DNA from: Callorhinchus milii
Lineage: Eukaryota
NCBI RefSeq assembly: GCF_018977255.1
Contig: NW_024704756.1
Coordinates: 5,704,001-5,768,000, forward strand
Direction: 5' to 3'
Length of the DNA stretch: 64,000 nt
Shown: in pieces, positions 25,805-39,010 of the stretch
Layout of the letters: the number at the start of each line of letters is the position of its first letter
Position numbering within the stretch: position 1 is the stretch's first letter
Notes under the pieces: model-generated
What the model saw: the letters and a program-made list of their open reading frames with translations, nothing else
Told to the model about the DNA's origin: nothing
The model's database searches: none
Position numbers and translations under genes: made by a program

Positions 25805-27107
25805 TAATGATCACTTGAGCAGGGTAGCGGGAAGCTACCAGCACCTGTGTGACCAAACGGGAGAAAGAAAAACACACAATCCTGCCCTGCCCTCATTTAC
25901 ACACACACACCCTGTTCTCATCTGATTTACAGACACACACACAATCCTCATTACAGATGTTACAATGATAAAGTGACCATCATTCAGCCGCTGTCTACTA
26001 CTCCATAGCTGTTCTCTCAGCAACAAGCACAGTGGTTTGCTTGTTGGATAAATATTTTATCCAACAGGTGTCCGACATGCATTTTCTATTCCTGGCACAG
26101 TGTGGAGAGATAGCAGTGGAAATCAAATTCATCTTTACAGAGGTTTCAGCTAATGTTTTTGAGCTACAAAGAACAGTAGAGTGAAACGTACAAGTGTGAT
26201 AAAGCAAAAGATGTTATAGCAAAGTGAGAAATATCCAAATATCTCCACAAGTGAATCTAGCAGGGGCGGGCTGTGGTCAGGTAGACTGCTAGCCAGAATA
26301 CACCCTGTGTAACCAGTGAAGGAACACTGGTCCGGGTCACAAACTGAAGCGTGCCAAGTCTCTTGACAAGTCTGTGCAAACAACAAAACTGGCGTCATTT
26401 TAAGCTTGTATTTCTAATGGTGAAGATTTCCATTTCACAATGGGCTTCACCCATAAAAACCTAGAGCGGAGGAGCACAGAGCCTGGGGCGAGGTTTTCTC
26501 TTGCAATGTTAACTCTCGAGACTGATTTTGTGCATCGTGTCTGGTTTGAGTTTGAATGACCTGGGATCAGTTCTTGATTCAGTCTAAAACTGCACTGGGT
26601 GTTGCTTGTTCCTGATTAGCGCTGTAATAACTCAGAAGGAAATAGAGTTATAAACTGGACACAACAAAAAACACTAACATTTTAGAGGTTGCCCAGCTTT
26701 CTACGCATTGCCAGTCACAACTAATAGGAAAGTATGTACAGCCGGTGGCAGTGGTTTACCTGTCAACACATAACCAAGACTACAAATAATGACTGAAAAG
26801 CTGCAACTGCATCAAGCTTTAAATGTGCCAGATTTCTGATATTGACCTAACGTGCTGCATATCCGACCATGTAGCTTGCTATTAAAAGTATTTTACTTCC
26901 CATTTAAATCAAATAGTCACTGACCTATTAGTTGATACAAAAATGTGGTTACCCTACAATTAAATATCAGTGGACTACAGTAATTATACAATTATTCAGC
27001 GATTATCATATCTAAATCTGTCTAAATCAAGGAGTGAAAAACACATTTGATGTCGCAGTTAGCACTGATGATAATCATCTCACCATCCTGGAGATCACGG
27101 ATTGGGC

Positions 27108-27248
27108 ATTCGCCCATAAAATATCTAGTCAATTAATTTTACAATATATTCTGTAAAGCGCTTTGAGACATCTCGAAGACATGATAAGGATTATCATTCT
27201 TATTCTCCCGACATTAAAGGTCCTATACCAAATGGAAGGATTATTACT
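27108..27248 (+). mobile_element. Dominant SINE 3' fragment with partly duplicated tail
   Basis: ttcgcccataaa...tattctgtaaagcgctttgagac...aaatggaaggattatt. Confidence 0.75.
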
Positions 27249-27939
27249 AATGAATAACATGGGAGAGGGGTAATCTTTCCCCTTCCCAAATTGTTGTCCA
27301 AATGATTACACTCAAAGCCACTTGTGGAAAACATTGAGTGGCTTTGCTGAACCTCCTTCCCAATGTTTGGAAGTGCATTTCCCCAAATTTCAGCTAAATT
27401 GAAATGTTATTGCATTACTTTCTGTAAGTAATTCTTGAGGAATTTGGGGTTATAGAATTAGGCAAATTTACAGAGGAATGAAACTTAACTTATACGATTC
27501 TCAAAGCACATTTTAGTTCCTATTGTAGATGAGCCTCTGTAGTGTTTCTGAGCTACAAAGAACAGTAGAGTGTGAAACGTACATTACAATATTGGTAAAG
27601 TCAATTATGGCAGAATTTACTTGCCATAAACTCTCAGTTTGCAGCCCTCTTTATTTACCCAGTGTAGTCGTTTGTTGCTGACTCACACGCTACCTCACGG
27701 CACACCCTTTTGCTTAAATAAAATGCCGGCTAGGTGAATGATCCTTTCCAAAATTAATCTTTCCATCAAGAAGACACTATTCACCAGTCATCAGACTTTT
27801 CCAGGACTTTTGAATCCATTCAGTGGGCTGAAAAACACCAAACCTGCAGCTAACCCAGATTGACAATACATTTTTAAAATCCCATGGAACTACTCAAAAA
27901 GAAAATGCAGTTTCTGCCTTTCAGTGTCCAGGCCAACGA

Positions 27940-28120
27940 TCCTCCAGATAAAATTGATCATTCACTTCATGACAGTTTGTGTGATATTGCTATGCACAAA
28001 TTGGCTGCCACATTTCTCTGCAAATGCACAGTCACTGCACTTTACAGTAAATCCCGAGAAGTGCTTAGAAATATCTTTCCAACAACATGATAAGGCATTA
28101 CATCAAATGCAAGAGTTATT
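27940..28120 (+). mobile_element. Deu-domain SINE fragment
   Basis: gatattgctatgcacaaattggctgcc...catcaaatgcaag. Confidence 0.8.
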
Positions 28121-28593
28121 AGTCATTTAGAGAATAACTGCACAGCCTGAGATATGCGAACAACTATTTTGATCCCTAATTTGTTCCCAATATTATTTAC
28201 TTTATAAATTTGGAGATTACGCAGTGCTAGAATATTGGTGTTTCCCTTTGGCAATGGTGATGTGTAAGTTGACAGGTCTTGAAGAGGCAAGACCTTTTGA
28301 AAAAAGGAACAAAGTCTTATTTTGCCATAATATTTTAGGATCAAAAAGAGGCGCTTTTCATTAGGGGTACTCCCTCTCCATCATGATACTTAAAATTAGT
28401 AAACAGTGGCACACATGGCAAGTGGCAGATCACAGCTGGTTTAGTTAGGGGTGGGTTCTGAGCAGAGAGGCAGATGCTGAGTGGGGGGACAGATGCCAAG
28501 AGTTGACGAGGGAAATCAGGCAGCAACTGGACCTGAGGCTCCGAGCCACACGCCTGAACAAACTAGTAACCGAGTGGCATTTACAGGAGCGTC

Positions 28594-28795
28594 ACAGAAT
28601 TGCATAGAGTAATGTACAAGATGGAAACAGGCCATTTGGCCCAACTAACCCAACATAGCCTCCACCCTTGCAGTCCCCACTCCTGTATCCACCCCTCTAT
28701 TCTCTTTTCCCTCGTGTATATTGATGCCTCCTGCTTCGACCACAGCAAGTTCCGTGCTCTCACTACCCTCTGCGCGGAGAAGTTCCTTTAAGACA
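28594..28795 (-). mobile_element. CR1-type LINE 3' end
   Basis: Minus-strand ELAVVEAGGINI / WVSWAKWPVSILY and a tactctatgcaattct tail. Confidence 0.65.
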
Positions 28796-31016
28796 AGGAA
28801 TGAGTTCCTCATCTCAGACAAGGAAGGGTGCATGTGGCGGGGGGGGGGGGGGGGGGGGGGGGGGTGAATTAGTGGGAATACTGATTGCATCGGAGAAAAT
28901 AACCAGGTTTAGCCTGCGACTCGACTCATTCAAGTATCTTGTGCATCAGTGAAAGGGGAGTTGTTTTAATGGGAACTGTAGCCTTCTGTCAGCTCAGAGA
29001 GTCTGTGCTTCGCAGTGTCCATGCAATCAATCAGAATACTTAATGAGCAGGAAAACCAGTGCAAACTGCAGACAGCCAAAGGGGAATCTGGGTAAGGAGC
29101 CGCCTCATTGCTTTCTCTGAGACTGAAAAAGAAATCTGCATCTTAGCGTGACAAGGGATAACAGGGCCTGGAATTGACATTTTACCCCTATTGCTAACCC
29201 CTTGTAAGAGCAAATTACTGTTCAATCAATTAAGGCACAAGTTGCTGATATTGCTGGGCGGAACAGGACTATTTTTTGATTACATTGGAAAAGCCGCTGA
29301 ATTTAAATTTAACCTATATATCCAGGGCTCAAACTCTGTGGGGACTAACCATACAAATGCCTCTGCAAGTACTTTAATTCTTAAGCATTCCGCACTATCG
29401 ACCACTGTTCAAAAACACTTCTGTTTTCTGTGGCTTTTATCTAATAACTTCAGTCTCTAGTCTTTAGCATTGTTTTGATCAGTTTGCCATTGAGAAACAA
29501 GAGGGTCTAATTTGGGGCATTTCCTAATAGGATTTCTTTATAAGTGAATCCGAGTCGTACACACAGAGACTGCTTGGAGTAAATGGAAGGGTTTCTTGTA
29601 AAGGAATTTTGTTGGGAAATGCCGCATATCAGACTTAAAAAGGTAATATTTTAGACATTTAAAAACGCAACGAGAAACAATATTGTGGAAAAACAGAATG
29701 GTTAGGACCAGTATCTGATGTTTTAGCCCTGTTTGCCTCTGTCAGAGTGCAGTGTTAACTGAGCTGTTTGAGATGAGGAGGAGTCTCAACTATTATGCAC
29801 GTTAATAAAAGGAAATGTATAGTAATTGTCATAAAGTCATTGTTGTGATAAGTAAAAAAAACTTATTCATTAAAACTTAAAAACTAGTTTTGTCCCAAAT
29901 CCAAACCAAGCACCTTGTGATAGCCTTAGTTTCTTTTCCTCTCAGTTTTCTTCTCCCCCTCTCTCTCCTACCCGCGCCCATCCAACAAATGCATCTTAGT
30001 TGACAGTGGGAACATTTGCAGCATTGACCAGGATTTGGCCGCCTGTTAGGTCATGCTTAATGCACTCACTTCGCACCATTGTGATCACTCTTTCAAATTC
30101 CCAGTGCTGGTTGACAGCCCAACCTGCTTATAAGAGTATGTGTGATGAGTTTCCTCCACTTCTGACTGAGCTGATCGGTGGAGCATCCAGCCGTTACTGA
30201 AAGCAAAGGCTCGCAGCACATTTGCACCACAGCTGCCAATTTGGGTCTTGTGTTTTCTGCGACAGAAAGAGTTTTCAAGAAGGGACCTTTGTGGTGGGGG
30301 GGGGGGAGGGGGGATAAACCCTCACTCTACAATGAAAGGGTTGTGCCCTTTATGATCTGGCTCTTAACTGTTCAGATGTCACAGTAGCTCAAAGGTGACA
30401 TGCCTTGAGCATTGAGCAGACCCAACACACTTCAAAAGTAGCCTTCAGCTTTCTATAGCCAAATGTAACTTGCTAAGAAATAAATTTGCTTCCCCTGGTT
30501 TGTGATTCTTGACTTGCAGAACAAAATAGCCAGTTCTTTGAACCATGTGTCATTCAGTCATTAACTTGGCGGAAGAAAATTCTCACAAAATATAATATAT
30601 AATAAAAAAGTTGAAGCACAAGCTCAAGATTAATTATAGAAGTGCGAAGGGTAGTGGTGAGTTTCACACAAAGTGTTATTAAGCCATTGCTACCCCAAAT
30701 ATCAATCAAACTTGTCAATTATATCATTTGAAAGAGACATCGATAAGCAATGGAGAAAGAGCATGGTTCAAGCAAGGTGGACTGTCTTAATTGCCTTCCC
30801 TCTGTGATTTCCAGCACCTTGGGACGTCCTCCCAACATGAAAGGCGCTATACAAATGTAATCTCGTTATTGTTGTTGATGAAATCTCTATAAATCCAACA
30901 AATTATGTGATTACATTTCTAAAATGCGTTACTGTTTCTGTGTGAAATTTGACAGCTCAGTGTTTATTCTGGGCATTTCAAAAATCTGTTCAAATCATTT
31001 TGGACTTGAATGTCTG

Positions 31017-31147
31017 AATATAATAATCCTTCAATTTGAAATATCGCCTTATCACGTCTCCTTGACGTCTCAAAGCGTTTCACAGAATATACTGTAAAGT
31101 GAATTGACTGTAGGTGAAATGCGGTAGCCAATTGCGCACAGCAATAT
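31017..31147 (-). mobile_element. Dominant SINE 3' fragment
   Basis: taataatccttcaatttgaaatatcgcc...ttcacagaatatactgtaaagtgaattgactgta...gccaattgcgcacagcaa. Confidence 0.85.
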
Positions 31148-31504
31148 TGCAGTGGAATTAAGATTGCTGTATCATGCAGTGACCAGTGCATTGAGTGGTA
31201 TAGCAGAGGTCTAAAACACTTCAGGGACCTGTCTTTAAATCTGACCCAGACTAATGGAGTGAAAGTCTCCTCACTCAGTCAACCTTAAGGGTCCTATAGG
31301 AAATAGGGGAGTCTCGATTCTCAATTTCTAATAAGAATAAATAAACAGCTCCAAAAGACTCCTCATAAACCATTACAGAATTCACAACTACTCTCAGACA
31401 GAGGGATAGTTGGTGTGTGGAAACTGAAAAAGGATTCAGAGGCAGAGCAAGGCGTGCTTTACAGAAGGTGGGGCTTAGGAAATATTGAGACCCAAAATAC
31501 GACA

Positions 31505-31762
31505 TAATAATAATACTTGCGTTTGATATAGAGCCTTATCACAGTCAAGGATTGAGTGACCAAATTATTTTGGGGGGAATGTTTTTTAAGGAAATATTAC
31601 CCCTGGGTAAAGTGATCCCCCAATCAACTAACAACCGGGTTCCTACTTAATGCTAAGTAAACAGAGGTGTAGGGAGTAAGGAAACGTTTCGCCCTGCCGG
31701 GAATCAAACCCAGGTCCTCTCGCTTGCGAGGCGAGTGCTCTAACCACTGAGCTACAGGATTC
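31505..31762 (-). mobile_element. tRNA(Ala)-derived SINE, CGC-head subfamily, internally deleted
   Basis: Minus-strand head gaatcctgtagctcagtggttagagcactcgc-ctcgcaa-gcgagaggacctgggtttgattccc. The core is missing and the tail lies at 31505-31545. Confidence 0.85.
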
Positions 31763-32507
31763 AACTTGCAAGATTTCTTAATAAGGAACCCAGTTAAATT
31801 TTCCATCGAGCACGGAAACTTTGTCTAGAAAGTTGACTATGTCGACTGACCATTGGTTGGAGTGATGTACTTCTGGTTATTGGAAGCAGAGTCCAGTTTG
31901 TGAGACTCAGAGACACCCTGTTAAGGAATCCCATTAAGAAATACTGCCAATTGGACACCGTTCATGTTGGGAGAGATTGCAGATAGCTTCTTTCTGTATC
32001 TGTCTTGAGTTGACTCCTTGATGCTAATACTTGGTGGCAAAACTAGAGCAACGTTCCATTTGACAGAATAGACATCCCTAATCCTGCATAAGTACGCATA
32101 GAGAAACTATCCAGAATATATTCCTCTTCAGTCAATTGATTTACATTTAAGCAAATTTATACGCCGTTTTACTCCCGATTTCCAGCAGACCTGAAGAAAT
32201 TCCTGTCTTTGATGCCAAAGTGCATATTTTCAGCTATTATCAATAATTATCGGAAATCCGTAGCGATGCATTATTACATTGAACTTCAGGAACTAAAATA
32301 TTAAATATTAAAGTAAGAAAAAAGGCGGAAAAAAATCACATTGCACTCCTCTTGTCATTTCTTTCACATTATACTCTCTCCCTGTCCTTTTTTTAAAGTT
32401 TCATTCCATGTTAAATTTGCATTAATCCGCCCCATCCCTACCCTTTTGTTCCAGCAAAAAAAATAAGTTTTAAGCTGTCAACAAAAATAACTTATTATTT
32501 TATAACT

Positions 32508-32730
32508 TATAAATAACATTTATATAGCACCCTGCTTGCAGGATAGTGTCACGGAGCACGTTAAGGTGGAATAGGATGCCAAGCAAGGGGGAAGGGGAGA
32601 TGATTGTAGGCCCAATCAAAAAGGCAGGTTTTGAAGTGTAATTTAAAGAGAGAGAAATTTATAGAGAGAGAGAGAGCGTGAGGCAGAGGGATGGAAACAG
32701 GGAGCTCCAGAGGTTAGGTCGATGGGAAAT
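32508..32730 (-). mobile_element. Degenerate L2-type 3' end
   Basis: acatttatatagcacc...aaaggcaggttttgaagtgtaatttaaagagagag, similar to the reverse complement of 54381-54569. Confidence 0.6.
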
Positions 32731-32934
32731 TTAACAGGAATCCTTATTAAGGTCTGTTGTCTTGTTTCTTAGTATCCGATATAATTTTGACAAGGAAACA
32801 AGTTTATTTGGGATTTTGATTGACTCGAACTGTTGAAACCTGGAATGATCACCTCGTGGGCTGGAAGGATTAATTGAAAAGCATTCATTTGCAGTTATCG
32901 CCGTAAGTATTGGCAATGCTGGTCAGATTTAGCA

Positions 32935-33262
32935 TGGTTAGCTGAAGGGTAAAAGCTCCCTCTACTCGTCCTCAACAATATGCTTTAATCCTTGTAACAT
33001 CACCGCCATGGACACACGTGTCATTTTGTTTCCCACAACAGCCATGCTGTGGCATTTCTGAGTGAGGATGCTAATTGGTTTACAAATTGGTGCCAAACTG
33101 TGTAGAGACTGTGTACTTGCCCTCAATGAGAAATAGACTAATTAAATTCATTTCACTTAGGACTTTTAAAGGCATTAGAGAGAAGAGATAGTCTCTTCAG
33201 CCTGCGTTAGATTCAAACACAGTCTCAGAAGTGAAAGGACAATTGTAAATCACATTACCACC
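32935..33262 (-). mobile_element. Ancient LF-SINE-like relic
   Basis: Minus-strand cctttcacttctgagactgtgtttgaatctaacgcagg, gtcctaagtgaaatga and ttggcaccaatt appear in the same order as LF-SINE consensus motifs as I recall them. Confidence 0.45.
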
Positions 33263-34629
33263 CTCTCCTCACACGTCAGCACCTGTGGTCTAAGCAGCAC
33301 ATAGACACAGTAGATTAGCCATTTTATTAACAGTTACGAGGTGACCTTTGTAAAGAATGCATACTTTATAAAGTCGTCCTTAACATGTAGAATAAAGCAC
33401 TCGGCTTTCCCGTTTGCGACTCCCCTGTGAATTTGCCGCCGTTCTGAATTGAAATGTTTTCTGTAAATCCAGCAAATGTGCTCTCGCCTTTGTCACTGCA
33501 ATGTTTTTTTTAAAAAATGCCCGGACTCCCACTGCCACTTTTAAAATGGTTGTGACTGAAAACGATGCAGAAACAGCAACTCTGATTTCCCACTGGTTTT
33601 TCTGCCCCTCTGTGGAGCACAACACATACGTCAGCTTGTAGTTCAATATTACTCAACCAATGCACTGCTTCAGGCAGATGATGCCTTGGCAATGCTGGGA
33701 AAGATCAAATTCACTTCAGATCAATAGATCCAAACTGAATTTGATCTGCCATGTAAATTAAGCATCTGTCTGCCTCATTCACTATCGATACAAGTAGGGT
33801 GAACAACAGAGAGCAATGACGATGGGAAAAGTTTGCCATCTCTTGCCATTCAAATATTTCTGGAACCCAGAAATGGTACCGACATTGACAGCTACCATCG
33901 CAATTCAGTATTACATTCGGAGTGCTGACCTGATGTTCAGGATCATGAAACTGTCTGGCTGGAAGAGAGTGCATCTATAATTCAAATCTCTGTTTGGAAA
34001 GGTTATTAGTATTCAGAGTAAAATGCATTTCGTTGTTATTTTTGCCACATCTGTAGCTTGAATGTACTTTAGCATTTTTTCACGTTCCACCTCTGCAGAC
34101 ATTGATAGTTTTTTTTAAATATAGCTTTAATGCGACCACCAGCACAAAACTTCAAAGGAGGTTTAGATTTTCCAAGGTGTAAAAGTTGGAAGGAGAATAT
34201 TTTTTCTCTTCTCCTATTGATCATACCTTCCTCACGTTATATGAACACTTTCAACTACCAGGAAACTGGTGCCAAGTGTATGTGCCAGACTCTGCCACTT
34301 TGAAGCACTCCGGGACACTACCCCACGTGAAGAGCGCTATATAAATGCAAGCTGCTATTGGTATTGTTGTTTATGTAAAGTCCAGTTCAAACGTTACATA
34401 AAAGGTGCAGGTCAAGTGTTGGTTACAATAGCCAGTAGTTGGTCTGCAATATTCCGCTTTTTGAGAGAAAACATCACACTTCTTTCTGATACAGTAAGGC
34501 AGCAGGGACGAAGATTGTGAAAGTAAAATTTGTCGTGCAGGGAGGTTGAAGGTTTCGCACGACTGGTTATGATTTATTTGTGCACAAAAAGTCAGGCACC
34601 CAGCAGGCAGCAAGGACTGTTCTTCCTTT

Positions 34630-34797
34630 TAAATCGCCCAGATAAAATTGATCATTCACTTCACGGCTGTTTGTGGTACATTGCTGTGCACAAATTGGTC
34701 GCCGCATTTCACTCCGAACACAGGTAATCCTACGGGGCGCTTTGGGACGTCTCGCAGACGTGAAAGGCGCTATATCAAATGCAAGGACTATTATTAT
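34630..34797 (+). mobile_element. Deu-domain SINE fragment
   Basis: gtttgtggtacattgctgtgcacaaattgg...gcgctatatcaaatgcaaggactattatt. Confidence 0.85.
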
Positions 34798-36130
34798 ATT
34801 AAAATGGGATTCAATAGTTTGATTAATATTCCCTCCTGTAGAGTCTGTAACTAAATGTATCCAGCCTGAGTGAAGTGCTCTTCCATTTGTTGTAATAGGA
34901 TGTTCCCGTGATTATTATTATTAAATCAATTATTCTGTTAATTGAGCTGCAACTACTGTATTTCATATGCACATTAATCTAAAGCGCAGCTTCAATGGTG
35001 CTTCTCCATGCCTTAGTAACATAACTTAAAGCATTATTGCCTCATAAAACAAATGTTAATTCATGGTTCTACACTTATCTGTTATTTACTGATTTTAACA
35101 TCACAGCTCAGATAGCACAAGCTGCCGATTAGCTTCAGGTTATTTTTCTTCTTCTGCAACCGTTTAAATAGTGGATAGGTGTTTTATTAGTTGCCTCAAA
35201 TTATTAGCTTTGAATTCATCATGCATCTAAATACATCGCCTGCAAGTACACAGTCACTGCACTTTACAGTACATCCTGTGAGGCACTTTGAGGTGTCCTC
35301 TCGACATGAAAGGCGCCCCAAGAATTAATATTTTTTGTATCACCTGCCCATATCGACACAAAGACCAGAGTAAGGTTTTAGTCCAGTTAAATTTGCTTCA
35401 CTCGGTATTTAACATGAAGTAGATATCATTGTACTGTCTGACCACAACCTAACTGTATTTTGTCCATTGGTGAAGTCGCAAAGGCGAAACATAAATAGTC
35501 CCAGCATGCTTACTCAAAACATTCACGCTGAATTGATACTGCTGGAGTGATTCATTATTGCTTCCAGCAGAGCAGACTTGGAGTGGAATACAGAATATAT
35601 GCCGCCTGGCCTGAAATTTGACTGAGGAGTGTTCTGCATAAACACACACACACACAAAACCAAACGTGTGCTCAGAGCTTCAATGTTACTAAAAGAACAT
35701 TGAATGCAACCCACTTTAAATAAACATTTGAAAATATCTGATAACATTTCTTTCACGTTTAAAAGTTCTTTTGGAAATTGCCTGAGGTTACATACCCAAT
35801 TTATATTGCAACTATTCAAGCACTGACACCATCTCTTAAGCTGCGTCTGAGGGAGGGACTCAGGATTGAATTACTGTCTAAAATCATGCGAAACTTTCAG
35901 CACTGTTTCAACATGAAAGTGGCATCAGGTAGCAGTGCGATATAAGCAGGTCATCAAGCGTGCAATCTGAGTAGCTGAAGCAGAAACAGGATGTTGAAAG
36001 CATGTCCAGCTAAAATGCTAGCCTCTGAGAAATGAAGAGATCTCTCATTATGGTGTTGTATATATTTAACAATAATGCTGCTACCCACCGTGTTTATATT
36101 AAAATACAAATCCATTTCGTACCATTGACA

Positions 36131-36366
36131 CAAGTTTCTTCCACTCCATCCCATCATAATAATCCCTCCAAAAACCAAAAACAATAATTAAATTGGTCAT
36201 TTTCGATCTACGACTGTTTGTGGGTCATTGCTGTGCGCAATTGGCTGCCGCGTTCGCCCACAAATATAGTCAATTCACTTTACAATGTGTTCTGTGAAGC
36301 ACTTTGGGACGTCCTCCCGACGTGAAAAGCGCTATATCAAATGCAAGGATTATTATTATTATTATC
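36131..36366 (+). mobile_element. Dominant SINE copy without tRNA head
   Basis: Near-identical to the 37812-38043 part of the full-length copy. Confidence 0.92.
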
Positions 36367-37735
36367 ATTTCTTAAGATCAGTTTTTGAAATTTTGGCTAA
36401 AGCTGACCACAGAGTCAATAAAATTGCATTAATTTCATGTTTTGTTTTTCTCGAATTTTGTATCATTTTCCTTTTCCAATTCCTGATAGCTCTCTTGTAT
36501 GATGTGCAATATTCAAGCAATTCGGGCCTGAGGCAAATGTTACTGGCAATTTATCAAATTTTGGACAGTTTTGAGATGTTGACAAAATATTTTGAAGTTG
36601 TCAAAATGGAAACACAAAATGACTAGATTTCGCTGCTCTCTTATTTGTTTGCAATCCCACTTGTATTTCTGCCAATTACTGCATTCTCCCACAAAAATTC
36701 TCTACACGTGCAGTATGTCATGTGTAGCACTTCAGAAAGTCCTCTCAACCTGAAAGGTGCTATATCAAATGCAAGGATTGTTATTTATTTATAATTACTC
36801 AAAAGATTTATATGTCATTCTGTCACTTGTCCAGCTCCAATGACTGCAATGTATAAAGAATCCAAACACTTTTACCTTTTTTGAGGGCTACATTTGCACC
36901 TAATTGATATTTTTAGCACATTCCATGGCTTTTTTTAATGTAACATTTGAGGACTCCAAAAAGGAATATTGCTTTCTATTTTGTTAAAAAAAATCAATTA
37001 ACGGCAACCAAATTACGTTAATGATGAAATATTCAATAGATTTCCTTTCTTCAATCCCTTTGTGAATGCAGAGTAACAATTCTTTGGTCTAACTTGCTAC
37101 CTGGGTTTGAATGGCAATGCTGACGACTGTTTATGCCACAACAGTTTACAATGAATTGGCACCCTTGCCCTCTCAATTATGTTGCAACTTTTCAGCACTT
37201 TCTCAACAACCTTATGTTTCCTGTGATAATGCATGCCTGTAATAACTAAAATGTCTTGCCTGTTCCATCATTTACTCAATTTTAGTCAACATTTTATCTG
37301 CAAAATTGAATAAACTAGGCTGCATGAATAGAAGGAAAATAATTAATTCATAAAAAAATCAGAATTCTCGTTTCCCATTATTTCATCACTTTAATGAATT
37401 ACCTGTTTAGCATCTGCACTCTGTAGTAGAAATCACACTTCATATGATCCACATTAACTTCTCCGATCTAGCAACAGTTTTCTTAGGACTACATGAAGCC
37501 ACTTTCATGTAGTTTAAGTTTAAGTTTTATTTATTTATTTTATTTATTTTAAGGGAGGGGGCGAGTTGGAGGGACTGCGGGATGGATTTCCAGGGGGTGG
37601 GAGCAGAGTGGCTGAAGGCGCACCCACCATTGGTGGTGCGGTACTGTTAGAATATGATATATGTAATGAAACACTTTAAGGCAGGGCTTAAGTTTACAAT
37701 TAAGTTTACAACTTAAACTGTTAATTTGTTTATAT

Positions 37736-38043
37736 GGAGTGCTGTAGCTCAGTGGTTAGAGCACTCGCTTTGCAAGTGAGAGACCTGAGTTCAATTCCAG
37801 GCGAAACCTTGAGCAAGTTTCCTTACTCCACACGCCTAATAATAATCCCTCCAAAAACAAAACCAATAAATTGGTCATTTTCAATCCATGACTGTTTGTG
37901 GGACACTGCTGTGCGCAATTGGCTGCCGCGTTCGCCCACAAATATACAGTCAATTCACTTTACAGTATATTCTGTGAAGCGCTTTGGGACGTCTAGAAGA
38001 CGTGAAAAGCGCTATATCAAATGCAAGGATTATTATTATTATT
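37736..38043 (+). mobile_element. Full-length tRNA(Ala)-derived SINE (TGC head), young
   Basis: ggagtgctgtagctcagtggttagagcactcgctttgcaagtgagagacctgagttcaattcc head, Deu-like core, tail gcgctatatcaaatgcaagg(att)n. Accounts for the 37734-38225 ORF. Confidence 0.93.
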
Positions 38044-38769
38044 TTTTTTTTAGCCACTCAAAGTTAATGTTTAGGGCAAGATGTTTTTTCTCTTTACATG
38101 GTGTAAACAGGGAGCACAACAGGGAAAAATCAATTAATGGCTCAATGAATGTGGAAGGACCTTTCCATCTCTCTTGTGAATCTCCCTTACTCCTGAAACA
38201 AAGTGGCTACAATAGTCTTCCATAGAAATTCATGGCACAGAAAGAAGGCCATTTGGGCCATCATGTCTGTGCTGGCGCTTTGAAAGAGCAATGCACCATC
38301 GTGGATACTGAGACACTAACTAGCTGCATGATATTTTCTGGTTATACAACAAACAACAAGAGTGGACTAACAACCCATTTCAGGGCAGCCTTTGTCCCGT
38401 GTAGTTAACAATTCCATTCTGAGCACGGGGAAAAGACAAGCAGCACAATATCAATGAGCTTTAAAGCATTCCTCTGCGCTCACTTCTTTATTGATGTTTC
38501 CACTGTGTGCCTATATGCGTGTGTGTATATAAATCTTGTTGAAATCATTGAATTATCGTGACTATCAGGAATGTACTCTAACAGTATTACTGGTCTTTAT
38601 CTACATACTTACATTGGGACAAAATGTATTAATAAATCAGTGGGTTGTCTTAACGTAAAATATGTGCATACTGGGTTAATGCTTTGATGGGTTCAATGCT
38701 TGTTCGTTTCTAACTGAGCTCTCCAAGACTCTCGAAGGTAAGTGTATACCCCAGTGCGTTACTGAGATA

Positions 38770-39010
38770 TATAAACCATGAAGGTTCTAGGTTTGAACCA
38801 GGGACTGTACTGAATTTGCCACTTGGTCAGATAATTGGTCTGCTGTACAATTGGCCTCAAGAGTCTCCAGGATAAGGAGGGGATGAACTCAGCCAGGGTC
38901 ATTTCCTCATGATCGAAATCACTCACCCTTTATTGCCACTAATGTGGATGGATGATGGATAAAGTCAGGCTCGGCCTAACCTAGGCTGGGCTCCTATGAT
39001 TGATCAACTC
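38770..39010 (+). mobile_element. Old SINE-like repeat (second family)
   Basis: gaaggttctaggtttgaacc...tgtactgaattt...tacaattggcctca...tcagccagggt, shared with 45730-45900, 25300-25500 and 11240-11470. Confidence 0.5.

Noticed and set aside
28839-28864. Poly-G runs (also ~18655-18675) as functional G-quadruplexes
   Set aside because: Simple homopolymers, common throughout the window, with no supporting context
37736-37805. tRNA-Ala gene (also 25506, 31690-31762, 63694)
   Set aside because: No proper acceptor stem or terminator; in three of the four cases the head runs straight into a SINE body
37734-38225. 163-aa ORF with apparent paralogues at 25410-25771, 36285-36626 and 34648-34854
   Set aside because: The shared peptides (KRYIKCKDYYY) are translations of the non-coding SINE
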